NCBI GenBank assembly: GCA_024679065.1
Contig: JAGIQG010000031.1
Location: forward strand, 22,568,001 to 22,632,000
Source: Sphyrna mokarran
Lineage: Eukaryota
Reading direction: 5' to 3'
DNA: 64,000 bases
The first letter of the stretch is position 1; every line of letters starts with the position of its first letter. This document shows positions 39,366-52,268 of this stretch, one piece after another. The notes beneath the pieces were generated by a model. It saw nothing but the letters and a program-made list of their open reading frames with translations. It had not been told where the DNA came from and searched no databases. The translations under genes and the position numbers were made by a program.

Positions 39366-40794
39366 AGTGGATCACCTGGACCATTTACTACCTGACAATT
39401 AAAGCCTATGTCAAAGGTTACTAACCACAGAGATTGAGGCAATCATTGACTTTGTCCCTGCTCATAGGCCTCCGACACTAATGTCAATCAGCCTCATCAC
39501 CTCAGGCTGGTTTGCTTTTTTAATATAATTTGAGATCCTTTGAAAACATGTTAGAACAAAAATTATGAAGAAACTAAAGTATTTTTAATTATATGGATCA
39601 GCTGCCATTTCTTGATATCAAAGACTAACAATGTTTATTGAATCCTTGCGGTTGAGATGCTTCAGAATAAAAACCCTGGCCATTTAAATAGTTAACATTA
39701 ACCAGAAGGGGATCAAAATTCCAGTGTACATTGATTGAATTTCACGTTCACTGACTGAACTTCTGTATTTCTGAGAATCAATAAAAACCAATGTTTATCA
39801 CATCTGTATTAAACAATTTCAAAATACCAATGAACTAAGGTGGAAAAGATCCTTTATTTGTGACAGGATTTCTCAGTGTACAATCAAGAGTTAAGCAAAA
39901 ACTTGTGCAGTCTGTTGTCAGGTTGATGGCCACTTCACATTCTAAGTAATTCATTTCAACTGGGGAGAGGATGGCCCAGTGATATTATTACTGGTTTATT
40001 AATACAGAAACTCAGCTAAATTGGGACCTGAGTTCGAATCCCAGCATGACAGGTGGTGGAATTTGAATTCAATAAAAAAAAGTCTGGAATAAAGAATCTA
40101 CTGATGACCTTGAAACCATTGTTGATTGTCAGAAAAACCCATCAGGGTCACTAATGTTGTTGAGGGTAAGAAATCTACCGTCCTTACCCAGTCTGGCCTA
40201 CATGCGACTCCAGAACCACAGCAACTGTAGTTGACTCTCAACTGCCCTCAGGCAACTAGGGACGGACAATAAATGCTGGCCAGCCAGCAATGTCCATGAA
40301 AGGTGAATACATAAAAAAAAACTTGGGAGAAGAAAATAATGCAGGAACGTGAATAAGTGAAAGATAAATCTGTATCTCATATTGATTTTTATCTGAAAAG
40401 CAAATTCCAGTATTACGATGGCAATTGGAAAGAAAATACGTTAAGTTGATACTTTTCCATAAGTGTTTATGGAGATCTTGCCACTAAGTTCTGCAGGCTT
40501 TTTCACTTAGGGTTTGGCTTGATTACCTTGTGGAGGGCAGCGACACTCCAATGCAGTGATGGTTGTTTTAATAATGGGCCTGATTCCAAGCCCTGTAGTT
40601 TAACATGTGGTGAGACGTTCAGAAGCTTCACCGCACTCCAAAAGCAAACTCTCCACAAATTTAAGAAACTATAAACTTGTGGGATTAATTCACAAGATGC
40701 GTTGATAAAGTTGTGGCTTGGGGTTAATGATTGCCACAAGATGCTGGAAAAGTGCTTTGTCTCTGTATTAAGTATGCTTACGAGATAAAGAGGG

Positions 40795-41290
40795 GACAAC
40801 AGGGACAAAGTAAAAATAGTTGAGAGTTTCAAGTCTTCAGGTGTCCAGATCACCAAAAACCTGCCCTTGCTCCTCTCATGCTGATTCTATATGAATGCCT
40901 ACCAACACCTGTACTTTCTCAGAAGACTAAGGAAATTTAGCATGTCATAGAAAGCATTCTTTCTGGTTATATTACAGCTTGGTATGGTTCTTGCTTTGCC
41001 TAAGACCACAAGGAACTACAAAAGGTCATGAATGTAGCCTAATCCATTAAGCAAACCAGCCTCCCATCCACTGACTCTGTCTACACTTCCTGCTGCCTTG
41101 ATAAAACAGCTAGCAAAATTAAGGACCCCACGCACACCAGACAAACTCTCTTCCACTTTCTTCCATCAGGAAAAAGATATAAAAGTCTGAGATCATGTAC
41201 CAACTGATTCAAGAACAGCTTCTTCCCTGCTACCATCAGATTTCTAAATGAACCTAACTTGCATTAAGTTGATCTTTCTCTACACCCTCG
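40795..41290 (+). mobile_element. Rex1/Babar fragment
   Basis: Colinear with 20620-21095 of the long copy. Confidence 0.8.
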
Positions 41291-41344
41291 CAATGCCCTG
41301 GCCAATCAGCCCTCCCGCCAATCTTTTTGACAGCAGGTAATCAT

Positions 41345-41740
41345 GAGCAATCTCTTTGGCAAACCAAATAAACTAACTCAAATTGACAAGGGGACAAATT
41401 AAAAGGGGTAGCTCAAATGAAAAGGGGCAGCCACCTGAAACAAATTGGAAAAGAAATTTAAAATGTCAGATTAAAATATGATTAAAGGGGTCAATAATGC
41501 ACCTCAGTTCTTGCGGTGCCCAGCGGGCGTGGACAGAACAGACAGTGCCCTCGGATACCGCATGCTCCTTCTCCAGGGACATCCAGTCGTGAATATAGCC
41601 ACAGTACAGGGCAAACAGTTGGGTCGGATGACGACCCTCCACACTCCTTGATCTCCCACTGCTTGGACTTGTAGATGGAAAGCTTTGCCAGGCTTGTGAG
41701 CAGGTTCACAAGGAGGTCCTCCTTTCCTTGGCTCTCCCAT
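41345..41740 (-). mobile_element. L1/Tx1-clade retrotransposon 3' end
   Basis: Frameshifted EDLLVNLLTSLAKLSIYKSK ... GYIHDWMSLEKEHAVSEGTVCSVHARWAPQELRCIIDP, recalled as a typical Tx1-like ORF2 C-terminus. Confidence 0.7.
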
Positions 41741-43798
41741 CAAGACAGGCCGTGAAAAACTGCATTCAAGTGGTCTCTTGATGAGTTCAATTGCCTGCTT
41801 GATTATCAGAAGGCACACGTCTAACTGTCACAAGCCCCTGCCAGCAAAATGTTGCACGTTGGCACGATGATATCAGGTCATGCACCTGACATATTTCCAT
41901 GCGATTTCATGTGCATCCAGGTCGGCTGCACACCTGCTCAAGCAACGTCAATTTCTGGCCCAACTCTTGGTAAGTGTTTTTGAAATGTTGTTACATCTAT
42001 CGGAAATCTCTTTCCCCCTCCTTAACTCCCACATTTCCATTATTTGTTCTCATGCACCTACCTTTCCACTCTCTAACACAGCAATCCTTCTTTGTGTTCT
42101 GCCCTTACCCAAAGTACTGGCTGACTCTTCCAACATGTTTTGTTAACTTAAGTCCCTTGTAAACAAATGCGATATCTTTTCTGAGGTCCACAGATACCTT
42201 GCCATTTTTTTAACTGCAGGTAGCAATGCTGAGTGTAAGACGTCAAACAGTACTTAGATGTGCCTAGCCAGTGAGCTATTAAACTATGACATGTAAAACA
42301 TAATAAATCAATTACATTTTCTTGCACCAGTAATTGCCACAGGATTTGTGTCTTCAACATTGAAGGAGATAATGAATATTGGATTTCCACAGCTATAAAA
42401 ATAAATTGTTTGGGCCTCATTCAAGCCAGATGGTAAGTAATTAAAAGTCTCATTGCCATTAAATACTGTGATTACAGACTACCACCAGGAGAGCATTTAT
42501 TGTGATTGTTGAGATAATATTCAGGTTTAGTGCTAACACTTGTATCATAGAATTCCTACAATGCAGAAGGGCGTCATTCAGTCCATCGAGTCTGCACCGA
42601 CCACAATCCTACCCAGGCCCTATTCCCACAACCCCACATATTTACCCTGCTAATCCCCCCGACACTAGAGTCAATTTTGCATGGCCAGTCAACCTAAGCC
42701 ACATGTCTTTGGATTGAGGGAGGGAAGTGGAACACCCGGAGGAAACCCACGCAGACATGGGGAGAAAGTGCAAACTGCACAGATAGTGACCCAAGCTGGG
42801 AATTAAACCCAGATTCCTGGTGCTGCGAGGCAGCAGTGCTGACCACTGTGCCACCATGCCACATCAGAAGGTTGTTATTTTAAGGTCCACCCTAAGACTA
42901 GGGATGACACATTAGTGATGTAGCAAGCTCATACTGCATTGTTGGAGGCCAAGTTTGCTCTTACAGACAGACACACAAGATCTGCCAGACTAAAGGAGAG
43001 TGGAGCTGCTCACTGTCAGAGTAACATTTATCCTCCTCCCATATTACTAAATCAAATGTTCTTGTCATTGGGCTCACTGCTTGTTTTGGGATCTTACTGT
43101 ACACATTTCTTGGCCACTTTTACCTGCATTGCAACCGTGACTTACATCTGAAAAATACTTAAGTGGTGAGAGAATAGAATCCTAACAAGGAGGTCACCTT
43201 GACTGGAAACATTGGCCAGAATGTTACAATTGTAACACTGTGGGCAGCACAGTGGTTGACCCTGCTGCCTCACAGGTTCAGGAATCCAGGTTCAATTCCC
43301 GGCTTGGGTCACTGTCTGTGTGAAGTCTACATGTTCTCCCCATGTCTGCGTGGATTTCCTCTGGGTACTCCAGTTTCCTCCAACATTTTGAAAAACATGC
43401 TGGTTAGGTGCATTGATCCAAACAGGTGTCAAACATGGCAACCAGGGGAATTTCACAAGAACTTGATTGCAGTGTTAATGTAAGCCTTACTTGTGACACT
43501 AATAAATATACTTTACAGCTGTTCATGCAGGTGGGATTTTCCCATCCCGCTGCGCTGAACAGAGATTTAGCGGGTGCCAAATTCTCTGACTTTGCCAAAG
43601 CGGGAGTCGCACGGTGTGAACGGGCAGCACAATCATGCCCATTTGCTCTATTCTCTCTCCAGAGATGCTGTCAGACCTGCTGAGAATTTCCTAGATTTTT
43701 CTGCTTTTGTTTCAGATTCCAGCTGAAACAACACTTAATTGGCTATAAAATTGTTTTTGAGTTGTCTTGATAGTAGTTTTGGAGGATGTCGAGAGGCT

Positions 43799-44072
43799 TG
43801 GCATGGTAGCTCAGTGGTTAGCATTGTTGTCTCACAGAACCTGGGACCCAAGTTCGATTCCCAGCATAGGTCACTGTCTGTGCAGAGTCTGCATGTTCTC
43901 CCTGTGTCTGCGTGGGTTTCCGCCAGATGCTCTGGTTTCCTCTGACAGACGTGTTGGTTAGGTGCATTGACCCAAACAAGCACTGAGTGTGGCGACTAGG
44001 GGAATTCAACAATAACTTCATTGCAGTGTTAATGTAAGCCTTACTTGTGCGTCATGAATAATAAATTTTACT
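43799..44072 (+). mobile_element. tRNA-derived V-SINE with alternative tail (type B)
   Basis: Same head and core, but tail gtgtggcgactagggga.ttcacagtaacttcattgcagtgttaatgtaagcctacttgtgac. Other type B copies: 8959-9222(+), 12002-12256(-), 18390-18656(-), 30755-31012(-), 37028-37315(-), 43241-43513(+), 46741-47014(+), 55180-55442(+), 56356-56622(+), 60878-61171(-). Confidence 0.9.
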
Positions 44073-44444
44073 TTTCACTTTAAAAGGTGCTTTGCAACCG
44101 CATTTATCAAACGATTTGAATAACTTTTGCTGTTATGAGTGAAGGCAGGGGAGGGGAGGGTGAATTAGTATTCTGCCAGTCTCAGAAATTACATTTAACA
44201 CGGGTTCCTGGAATCCTTGTTAAAAGATCACCTGTCAAATTGGTCGTAACGATAGAAAAAAGATGTTGAGTGGTTAAGGTCTCCATTGTTTTGAGCAGGA
44301 TTAAAGCACCTAGTGTGACCATGGATGTGTCCAGATCTGTATACTCTCCAAGAGCTCCAATGTCATGTGGTAGGGGGAGAGAGGGAGGTGGAGTAAAAAC
44401 TAGCTAAGGCAGAAGTGGCACAAATCGACAGTGGGCGTTATTAC

Positions 44445-44612
44445 CTTTGCTGATTTGTGCTGTGTCCAGCTTTTCCTTTTGATTCTTCTGTCGCATTTCC
44501 TTCATTTTCCCAGCACTGGGTTTCTTGGGCCTGTTGCTACCCTTCGCTTTCTGTGTTTGTGTTGCCTCAGATGGCACCTCCGCCGCCTGTCCTTCTGATC
44601 GTACGCACACAT
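44445..44612 (-). CDS. DKK4: Dickkopf-4 exon 3 (end of CRD1 and basic linker)
   Basis: cgtctcAG|at ... aaag|GTAATA; 168 nt, phase 1-1; (D)VCVRSEGQAAEVPSEATQTQKAKGSNRPKKPSAGKMKEMRQKNQKEKLDTAQISK(G); supplies the tenth CRD1 Cys as in human NDVC. Confidence 0.9.
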
Positions 44613-45712
44613 CTGAGACGGAAGGAACAAAACACACGTCTGTCAAAAACTGCCAACGCCCTCTCCTTCCCCACCTTCTCCCCCGCAGCTTCCATCTTCC
44701 CAAGGGATCAATCTTCTCAAAATAATTTCAAGTGTTTTACCACAAATCGTGTTCACAAGAACGGGCTGCTTTTGAAAGTAACTTTATTGTCTGACACTTT
44801 AAATAGGGGTAGGTGTAGACTTACGCTGGATGCAGCTGGATGAAAAAAAAACAGTGCCTTCAGCTATTTGAGGGTGGTGGCGTGGGGTGGGGGTCGCGGA
44901 AAGCAGATTAAGAATAAAGATACTTTATTTTTTTCAAAGGTGTATTCCCAAGCAAATTCCTGATGAAATATGAGCAGAGTTAAAGATTCTCAACTTTATA
45001 CAGGACTCAACTTCACAAGAGGAGACAGCCAATTTCCTGTGAGAATAAGCAGGTTGGCCATAGAAATTGAATTTGGTTATTACAAGTGTGTTCTTCCCCA
45101 TATCCCGTGTATGTATGATATAGATTATTATCTCATGTCGCAATGCTTTTTTTCCTTATTGTCAGTCTGTTTTTCAGCACGATCTTCCCAGTCAGAAAGC
45201 AGCTGCCCTCTTCACAAGCCCCTGCTAGTGTAACAAATGGTCAATACATCATTTCCTTCAATCCTCCTTTCTCACTCCTCTCTGCTCCTGATAGCTCATC
45301 CTCATCCTCATCAGCCAACTCAAGAACAGCTTCTTCTCTGCTGGCATCAGATTTTGAATGGACCTATCTCGCACTAAGTTAATTTTTCTCTACACCATAG
45401 CTTTGACCGTAACTTCCCTACGACGTCCCTAGGAATCAAAGCTGGCATCTACCCAGAGTGTAGAGTTATCTCTGTTTGTAGCCTGACGTCTATTCAAAAG
45501 AGATGCTGATTACACGATCCCTGAAAGGTGTGTGGTTTCCAGCACCATGTTAGAAAAAGATTCTTTACCATATGCTGCAGGATATACTTGTTTATCAAAT
45601 ACCCATATTGATTATCCTTTTGGCTTGACGGACCCATCTCTGGATCTTTCCGTGTAACAGTTAGCCACATTTTGTTAAAGATAATTGATGAGGGAAGAGC
45701 TGCCTTTAATGA

Positions 45713-45901
45713 GGGTGGACACAGTAAGAAGTTTCACAACACCAGGATAAAGTCCCAATAGGTTTATTTGGAATCACAAGCTTTCAGAGTGCTTGCTCCT
45801 TCATCAACCTAATGAAGGAGCAGCACTCCAAAATCTCATGATTTCAAATAAACCTGTTGGACTTTACCCTGATGTTGTGAGATTTCTTACTGTGCCCACC
45901 C
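45713..45901. mobile_element. Palindromic Penelope-type remnant with two decayed hammerhead cores
   Basis: About 90-bp arms (gggtggacacagtaagaa.../...ttcttactgtgcccaccc); centre reads ctaatgaaggagcagcactccaaaa (+) and ttgatgaaggagcaagcactctgaaa (-). Confidence 0.75.
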
Positions 45902-48900
45902 CAGTCTAATGCCAGCATCTCCACATCTTGAATGAAGGTCACCATTCATCAGAATCTTAACAGGATCAGCCAAATATGTACTGTTGCTACAAGAGCAGAT
46001 TACAGGCTGAAAATTCTGAGAATAATTGCCTCCTGACTCCACAGAGCTTGTCCACCACCTGTAAGGTACAAATCAAATGTGTGATGGAATACTGTTCACT
46101 TGCCTGCATGAGTAAATTCCGTCAACACTCGAGTTCAACAAAGCAGCTTGCTGGATTTTCACTCCATCCAGCAGCTTAGACACTCACCTCCTCCACTACT
46201 GCACCTCTGTATGTCATGTTAAAGAAGAAATTCCCCCAAGCCCCCTTTGCCAGCATCTTCCAAACCTGTGAACCACTGCCACTGAGAAGGACAAGGTCAG
46301 AATATGCTCTTCTCACACAAATTCCCCTTCAAGGCTCATAACATCCTGGCTTGGAATTATTTTTGTTTTATTTATTCATTAATGGTATATGGATGTCGCT
46401 GTCTTGGCCAGTATTTATTGCCCATCCCTAATTGCCTTTAAGAAGGTGGTGGTGAGTCTATGTGTTGTAGTTACACCCACAATGCTTTTAGGGAAGGAGT
46501 TGCAGATTTTTACATAGTGACAGTGAAGGATCAGTAGTATAGTTCCAAGTCAGGATCATGTATGTCTTTGAGGGAGACTTGCCAGTGGCGATGTTAACAC
46601 GCATCGCTGTTCCTTCACTGTCACTGGGTCAGAAGCTCCCTCCCTAACAGCATGGAAGGTGGATCTACACCACATGTACTGCAGCGGTTCAAATGGGATT
46701 CAGCAATACTTTCGCAAGGACAATCTGAGATGGCAAGAAAGGGCAGCATGGTAGCATAGAACACTGCTGCTTCACAGTGCCAGGGACTTGGGTTCAACTC
46801 CCAGCTCGGGTCACTGTCTGTGTGGCGTCTGCACTTTTCACTGTGTCTGCTTGGGTTTCCTCTAGGTGCTCCAGTTCCTCCCATAGTCTGAAAGATGTGC
46901 TGGTTATGTTCTTTTAACCCCAACAGGCACTAGACTGTGGCTACTAGGGGAATTTCACAGAAACTTCATTGCAGTGTTAATGTAAGCCTTACTTGTGACA
47001 AATAAATAAACTTTTAGGAAATGCTGGTTATGAGTGATTAAAAAAGAAAAGAAAGCCGTGAGTGTAAGTATCAAAGGATCGGAGTGGGAATTGCAGACTA
47101 CTTTATTTATTGAGTTGGCAAAGCTGACAATGTACATCCAAAAATGAGACAAATTTACTCAGTTCTCACTCATTTTCCCACTTACTGAACAAAACGCTGC
47201 ACCACTGGAGAGACAATACTAAGCGCTTCACTGTGGGTCAATTGAAGGAGCATTGCATCTGACGGGGGAGGGGGAGAGGGTGACAATACTGAATGAGTGT
47301 TGTCAGTCGAGCAGTACTACAGACTGCACCATTGAATGCACAGTCCTTGTGAGAAATCTGTTGGTGTTTTAAAGATGTCTCTGAGAAAGGGGCAAATTTT
47401 GAAGTCACTTACTATACCATACAATATTCCAGACTGTATAGTGTTACAGTACTTCAATTTTCACATTGATTTTTTGGTCTGGGAATGTATCTCTGACTTT
47501 AACATTGATACCTCTGGATAACGGTTCTTCACTGAAAGGGGTTTTGCTTAAAGTGCTGATTTTCAGGAACTTAAAACTGTCACTTTAAGTGGGGACTCAC
47601 TTTGAGTCAGCTTGATGATGGAGTATAAAGAGGAAACTTAAATCATTCACAGCATTGGTAATTGGCCCGACTGTACAGAAACTGACTTTTGATTTTAGTA
47701 TCTGACTGTTGTTTGAGCCCTCTGAAGAATTCTTAAAAGTCAAACTCACTGTACACCTGAGTTTGCGTACATCAAAGGTACATGTAATGAATAAGACCTC
47801 ATGATGTATTTATTCCAAAATTTTTTGAAAGCAGTCTAGTCACATCAGTGGTTGCAGTTGCTTACTTCAAAGATACTTCTCTTTTCAACCAAGACTTCCT
47901 GATTCAACAGTCTTTGAATCCTTTGAGAATTCGATTTATTAATCCTCTTTCTGTGTAATAATTAATAGATCCCTCTGCATAAAGAAAATAATCTTGGCTG
48001 ATGTCCCAGTCATTTATCTCCTTGAACAACAATTTTGTGTTGATAAAGGTTAGAAATTTGAAGCAGAAGATGAGCCAAGATTCTTCTGTGTCACGTCACC
48101 GCTTATCTTGGATAGCCCATGCTCCAAGACACAAGAAAGTTGATGTATTAACCCTTAACTTGGCAGGGTGTTCTACAATAGGCACTTAGATCTTGCTAGC
48201 CTGAAAGTCAGGTTTTACTGAAGGAGTGCTTCACTGTCGAGGAGACACCATCAGACTTAAGAGCTTGATTTACTGCTAAGACATGGTAATACAGCTCGAG
48301 GAACATTTCAAGTATATACCCCCTTCACTCATGTAAGTGGCAGATTTGCTGCACTTTGTACTTCCATTCTCTTTCTGCCAGCAACTAAGGATGTTGACTG
48401 AGCTATCTTTTCTTTACATTTTCCCTGCTCCTAAAGAATTATGTTAAAAGCCAGGGTCACAGAACAAAGAAAAGAGTCTCCGTTAAATAATTGCATATTC
48501 ATCAATTCTGTGCTTGGCAGGCAATGGGGTTTGAGCGTCAGTGAAATTATTTTAACCATTTCTCGGCTTTTGGGTGAATTTGGGCGACAGTCAGTTTGAT
48601 GGAATGATATGATTTCCATTTCCCCCAATCTTTGGTGCATCATTTCAAAAGTGGATCTTGAGCAAGACTTTGGTTGGATTTGTGGCTCTCAGCAAACAGT
48701 GAGAAGGCAACACCAGACAACATGAACTTCACTTTCTGTCAGGGGGTATGGAGAACGCACTAGAGTATAGCGTTAAGCACAGTTAAGAAGTCTGACAACA
48801 CCAAGTTAAAGTTCAATAGGTTTATTTGGTCGCAAGTTAAGTCTAGCATTAAGGCAGAGGATCAGCCATGATCATTTTAAGTGATGGAGAATGCTCAAAT

Positions 48901-49606
48901 GATTGATTCCTAGTCTTATCTTCTATATTTCTATGAACTGGGGTATTACTTTAATACTGATGTTCTGATGGTTACTCCAGCTTCAAAGCAACAACCACCC
49001 AGCCATTCAATTAGCTAGTAGTGACCTAAGGAGTCAGATTGCAGGTTTCCATTGACTTCAAGTCAAATGATTGAGCTACATTAACACTAGTGCAGTTCCT
49101 TATGTTGGAATAGTCCAAGGAGAGTTTTACTCTGGATGTGGGTGGCACAGTGGCCAATACTGCTGTCTCACAGTGCCAGGGGCCCAGATTCGATTCCCAG
49201 CTTGGGTCACTGCCTGTGCGAAGTTTGCATGTTTTCCCCCTGTGTCTGCGTGAGTTTCCTCCGGGTGCTCCGGTTTCCTCCCAAAGACGTGCAGGCCATG
49301 CTAAATTGTCCCTTAGTGTCGGGGGGAGTGCATGGGGTTATTGGGTAGGGCCTGGGTAGGATTGTTGTAGATTCAGAATCAATGGGCCTAATGGCTTTCT
49401 TCTGCACTGTAGGACGCTATGTGTCCTGTGTTATTTCAACACTATTTGAATTGTCCAGCTTCCCCACAGAAGGACTGATACGTGGTAAACAGCTAGACCC
49501 AGTTTGACTGGAATCCTTTCGGACTGTAATATACATTGAACCTACTTCACTTTAACATGGCACTGCCTGGTGAAATGTCATGCTGCTGCTGCTGCTGATT
49601 TCTTAC

Positions 49607-49757
49607 CGTTTAAGCAGTGGCTCCCGGAGCAGCACATTTCGTCCCACTGGCACCGTCTCCTTAGCTTCCTGCAAGCAGAGCAGATGGGTTGCTCATGGTG
49701 TGAAGTGAGGCAAAATCTCCCAGGGCCACAATCAGCATCAGCCAGACACCGAGACTC
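49607..49757 (-). CDS. DKK4: Dickkopf-4 exon 2 (cysteine-rich domain 1)
   Basis: ttttcAG|gag ... aacg|GTAAGA; 151 nt; ESRCLADADCGPGRFCLTSHHEQPICSACRKLRRRCQWDEMCCSGSHCLN; Cys spacing as in human DKK4 CRD1. Confidence 0.95.
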
Positions 49758-49829
49758 CTGAAAAATGAATCAAAAACATCAATTCAGTGAAGAATTAGAT
49801 TGAAGCTCCAAAACACATCAGTGGTTAAA

Positions 49830-50475
49830 CCATAACACAAAAGACAAAGGAGCAGATTTAGGCCACTCGGCCCATCGAGTCTGCTCCGCCATTCAATCAG
49901 GGCTGATATTTTTGTCATCCTCAATCTCCTGCCCTTTTTCCCATAACCGCAATTCCCTTATTAATCAAGAACCTAACTGTCTCTGTCTTAAAGACACTCA
50001 ATGACCTGACCTCTGCAGCCTTCTGTGGCAAAGAGTTCCACAGATTTATCACTCCCTTACTGAAGAAAGGAGAGCCCAAAACTATGAATGCAAAGGCTTG
50101 GAAGGCATGGTGCATCCAGATTTTGTCTGCCTTGAGCTACCTCCACTCCTGTGATCCTCCCACCATCCATGGCAACCTGACTTGTAATTCATCATAATGG
50201 TCTTTGTTACAATTAACAATAATGTGAAAACATGTAGAGAAGAACAGAAGAACTTGCACTTTTTTGCTCCAGAATATGGAGCTGTAACAAATGTAACTTC
50301 TGTTTTAAAGGATCGTCCCCTTAGCCTGAGGTTATGCCCTCTGGTTCTAGTTTTTCCTGTTAGCGGAACCATCCTGTCCACGTCCATTCTATCCAGGCCC
50401 TGTACTATCCTTTAAGTTTGAATAAGATCTCCGCTTATCCTTCTGAACTCCAACGAGTACAGACTCAGAGTCCTC
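49830..50475 (-). mobile_element. CR1 3' fragment interrupted by another insertion at ~50080-50290
   Basis: KTRTRGHNLRLRGRSFKTE and FFSKGVINLWNSLPQKA remnants on either side of the interruption. Confidence 0.75.
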
Positions 50476-50496
50476 ATTAAGAAAAAGAGGGAAGGT

Positions 50497-50624
50497 CCCT
50501 CTATACTGTCCCCATCAAACACTCCCAGGACAGGTACAGCATGGGGTTAGATACAGAGTAAAGCTCACTCTACACTGCCCCCATCAAACACTCCCAGGAC
50601 AGGTACAGAACAGGGTCAGATACA
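50497..50624. repeat. Two units of a 69-bp minisatellite
   Basis: ctcta.actg.ccccatcaaacactcccaggacaggtacag in units starting at 50497 and 50566. Confidence 0.85.
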
Positions 50625-52136
50625 ATCATAACTAGGGTGTGGAGAAAAATCAACTTAATGTAAGTCGATCCATTCAAAAGCAGGAAAGAAGCTGTTCTTG
50701 AGTCCTTTGGTATATAACCTCAGACTTTTGTTTTTTTTCCCAATGGAATATATAGAGAATATCCAGCTAAGAAGTCCGGTTTTCCAGATGGTTAAAGATC
50801 TCCGAGCAATAAATTGTAGGGCAGACTTTGTGTCGGATGTTTATCTGTGCAGCCAGCAGGTGGTGTTTTTTAATGCTTGCTCAAAGTTGTGAATTGTCTG
50901 CAGTCAGTGGCCCAGGTAATGATTTAAAACCCAATCTTCCATCTACACTAACCACATCCATTGAGCTCTTTGGTCCAATTCAGTAACTTCCTGGAATAAT
51001 TACACCGCTGCATGGATTGTGCTGTTCCACCAACTTAACATCTTTTACTCGTGTGTGTTTGAACAGAAAGTCAAACTGAAAGCTACATTTTTCAGACAGC
51101 ACATTTGAGTGACAGGTCTTTCTTGTTGGGATCATGCATTCTGTGTGGTTCCAGTGAGAAATGGATGGGAGATTCATGCATTTCATTTCTGTCTGTGCAG
51201 ATCACCCATCCTCCTTCTGACCAGAAAGGCTTGACTTAGACGTGCAGCGCAAATTATTCTTCAAATCCTGTCCATCTAATTTTAACCCCTTCCCTGAGCA
51301 GTGCAAAGAACAAATCACTCCACCCCCCCAGTCAAAATCAATTTGACACCAAACTGCAGGAATGTGGCAATAGGGTGAAATACAGAAAGCTGGGATGGAG
51401 CACAAATAATGAGCATGGTCCAGTAGGGCCGAATGGCCTGCTTCTGTCTTGTGAGCAAAAGATGGACAGTGTAGAGCATAGCAAATCCTGTAGCTGGATT
51501 CACATTTGTGCAAGATTAGTGTAACAGGCCAGGGCAAATCTTACCCCGATCTGTTCTCTGGAGAGAAACTAGATTGAAAAGACATGGAGGGTTTGGACTG
51601 ACAGAGTTACTGTGCTTCTGTGTGTTTTCCTTTTGCTGTGTCAGAGTGATTACAAGCTATTATTGCAATAATGTCATATACTGATTTTATTTTAAAAGGA
51701 CCAACTGATCAAAATCTGCACAAGTTGTTTTATCTTAGGTTACAATTTTGTGTTTTCGAAAGCGTTTCAACAGTTTCATGGATGAGATGGATGCAGAGGG
51801 ATATGGGCCAAATTCAGGCAATTGGGACGAGCTTAGTGGTTTAAAAAAAGGGCAGACAAGTTGGGCTGAAGGATCTGTTTCCATACTGTAAACTTCTATG
51901 ACTCCATGACTATGATTCTGTCTTCTGCCTGTTACTTATTTCTAGACTGCTGTTTTCACCCTTGTATATGGAGGGGAGCATTCTCTCCCCTCCACTTTCA
52001 CACTTTCTTGGATATTTTGCTGTTCAGTTTCTCTCTTCCTCTCAATTTTAAGTTTATTGATTCATGTCACAAGTAGGCTTACATTAACAATGTGCTGAAG
52101 TTGCTGTTGTATTGCTCTCAGACCATGCCTGTAGCT

Positions 52137-52268
52137 NNNNNNNNNNNNNNNNNNNNNNNNNNNNNNNNNNNNNNNNNNNNNNNNNNNNNNNNNNNNNNNN
52201 NNNNNNNNNNNNNNNNNNNNNNNNNNNNNNNNNNNNNNNNNNNNNNNNNNNNNNNNNNNNNNNNNNNN
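52137..52268. other. Assembly gap (132 N) in DKK4 intron 1
   Basis: Run of N. Confidence 1.
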
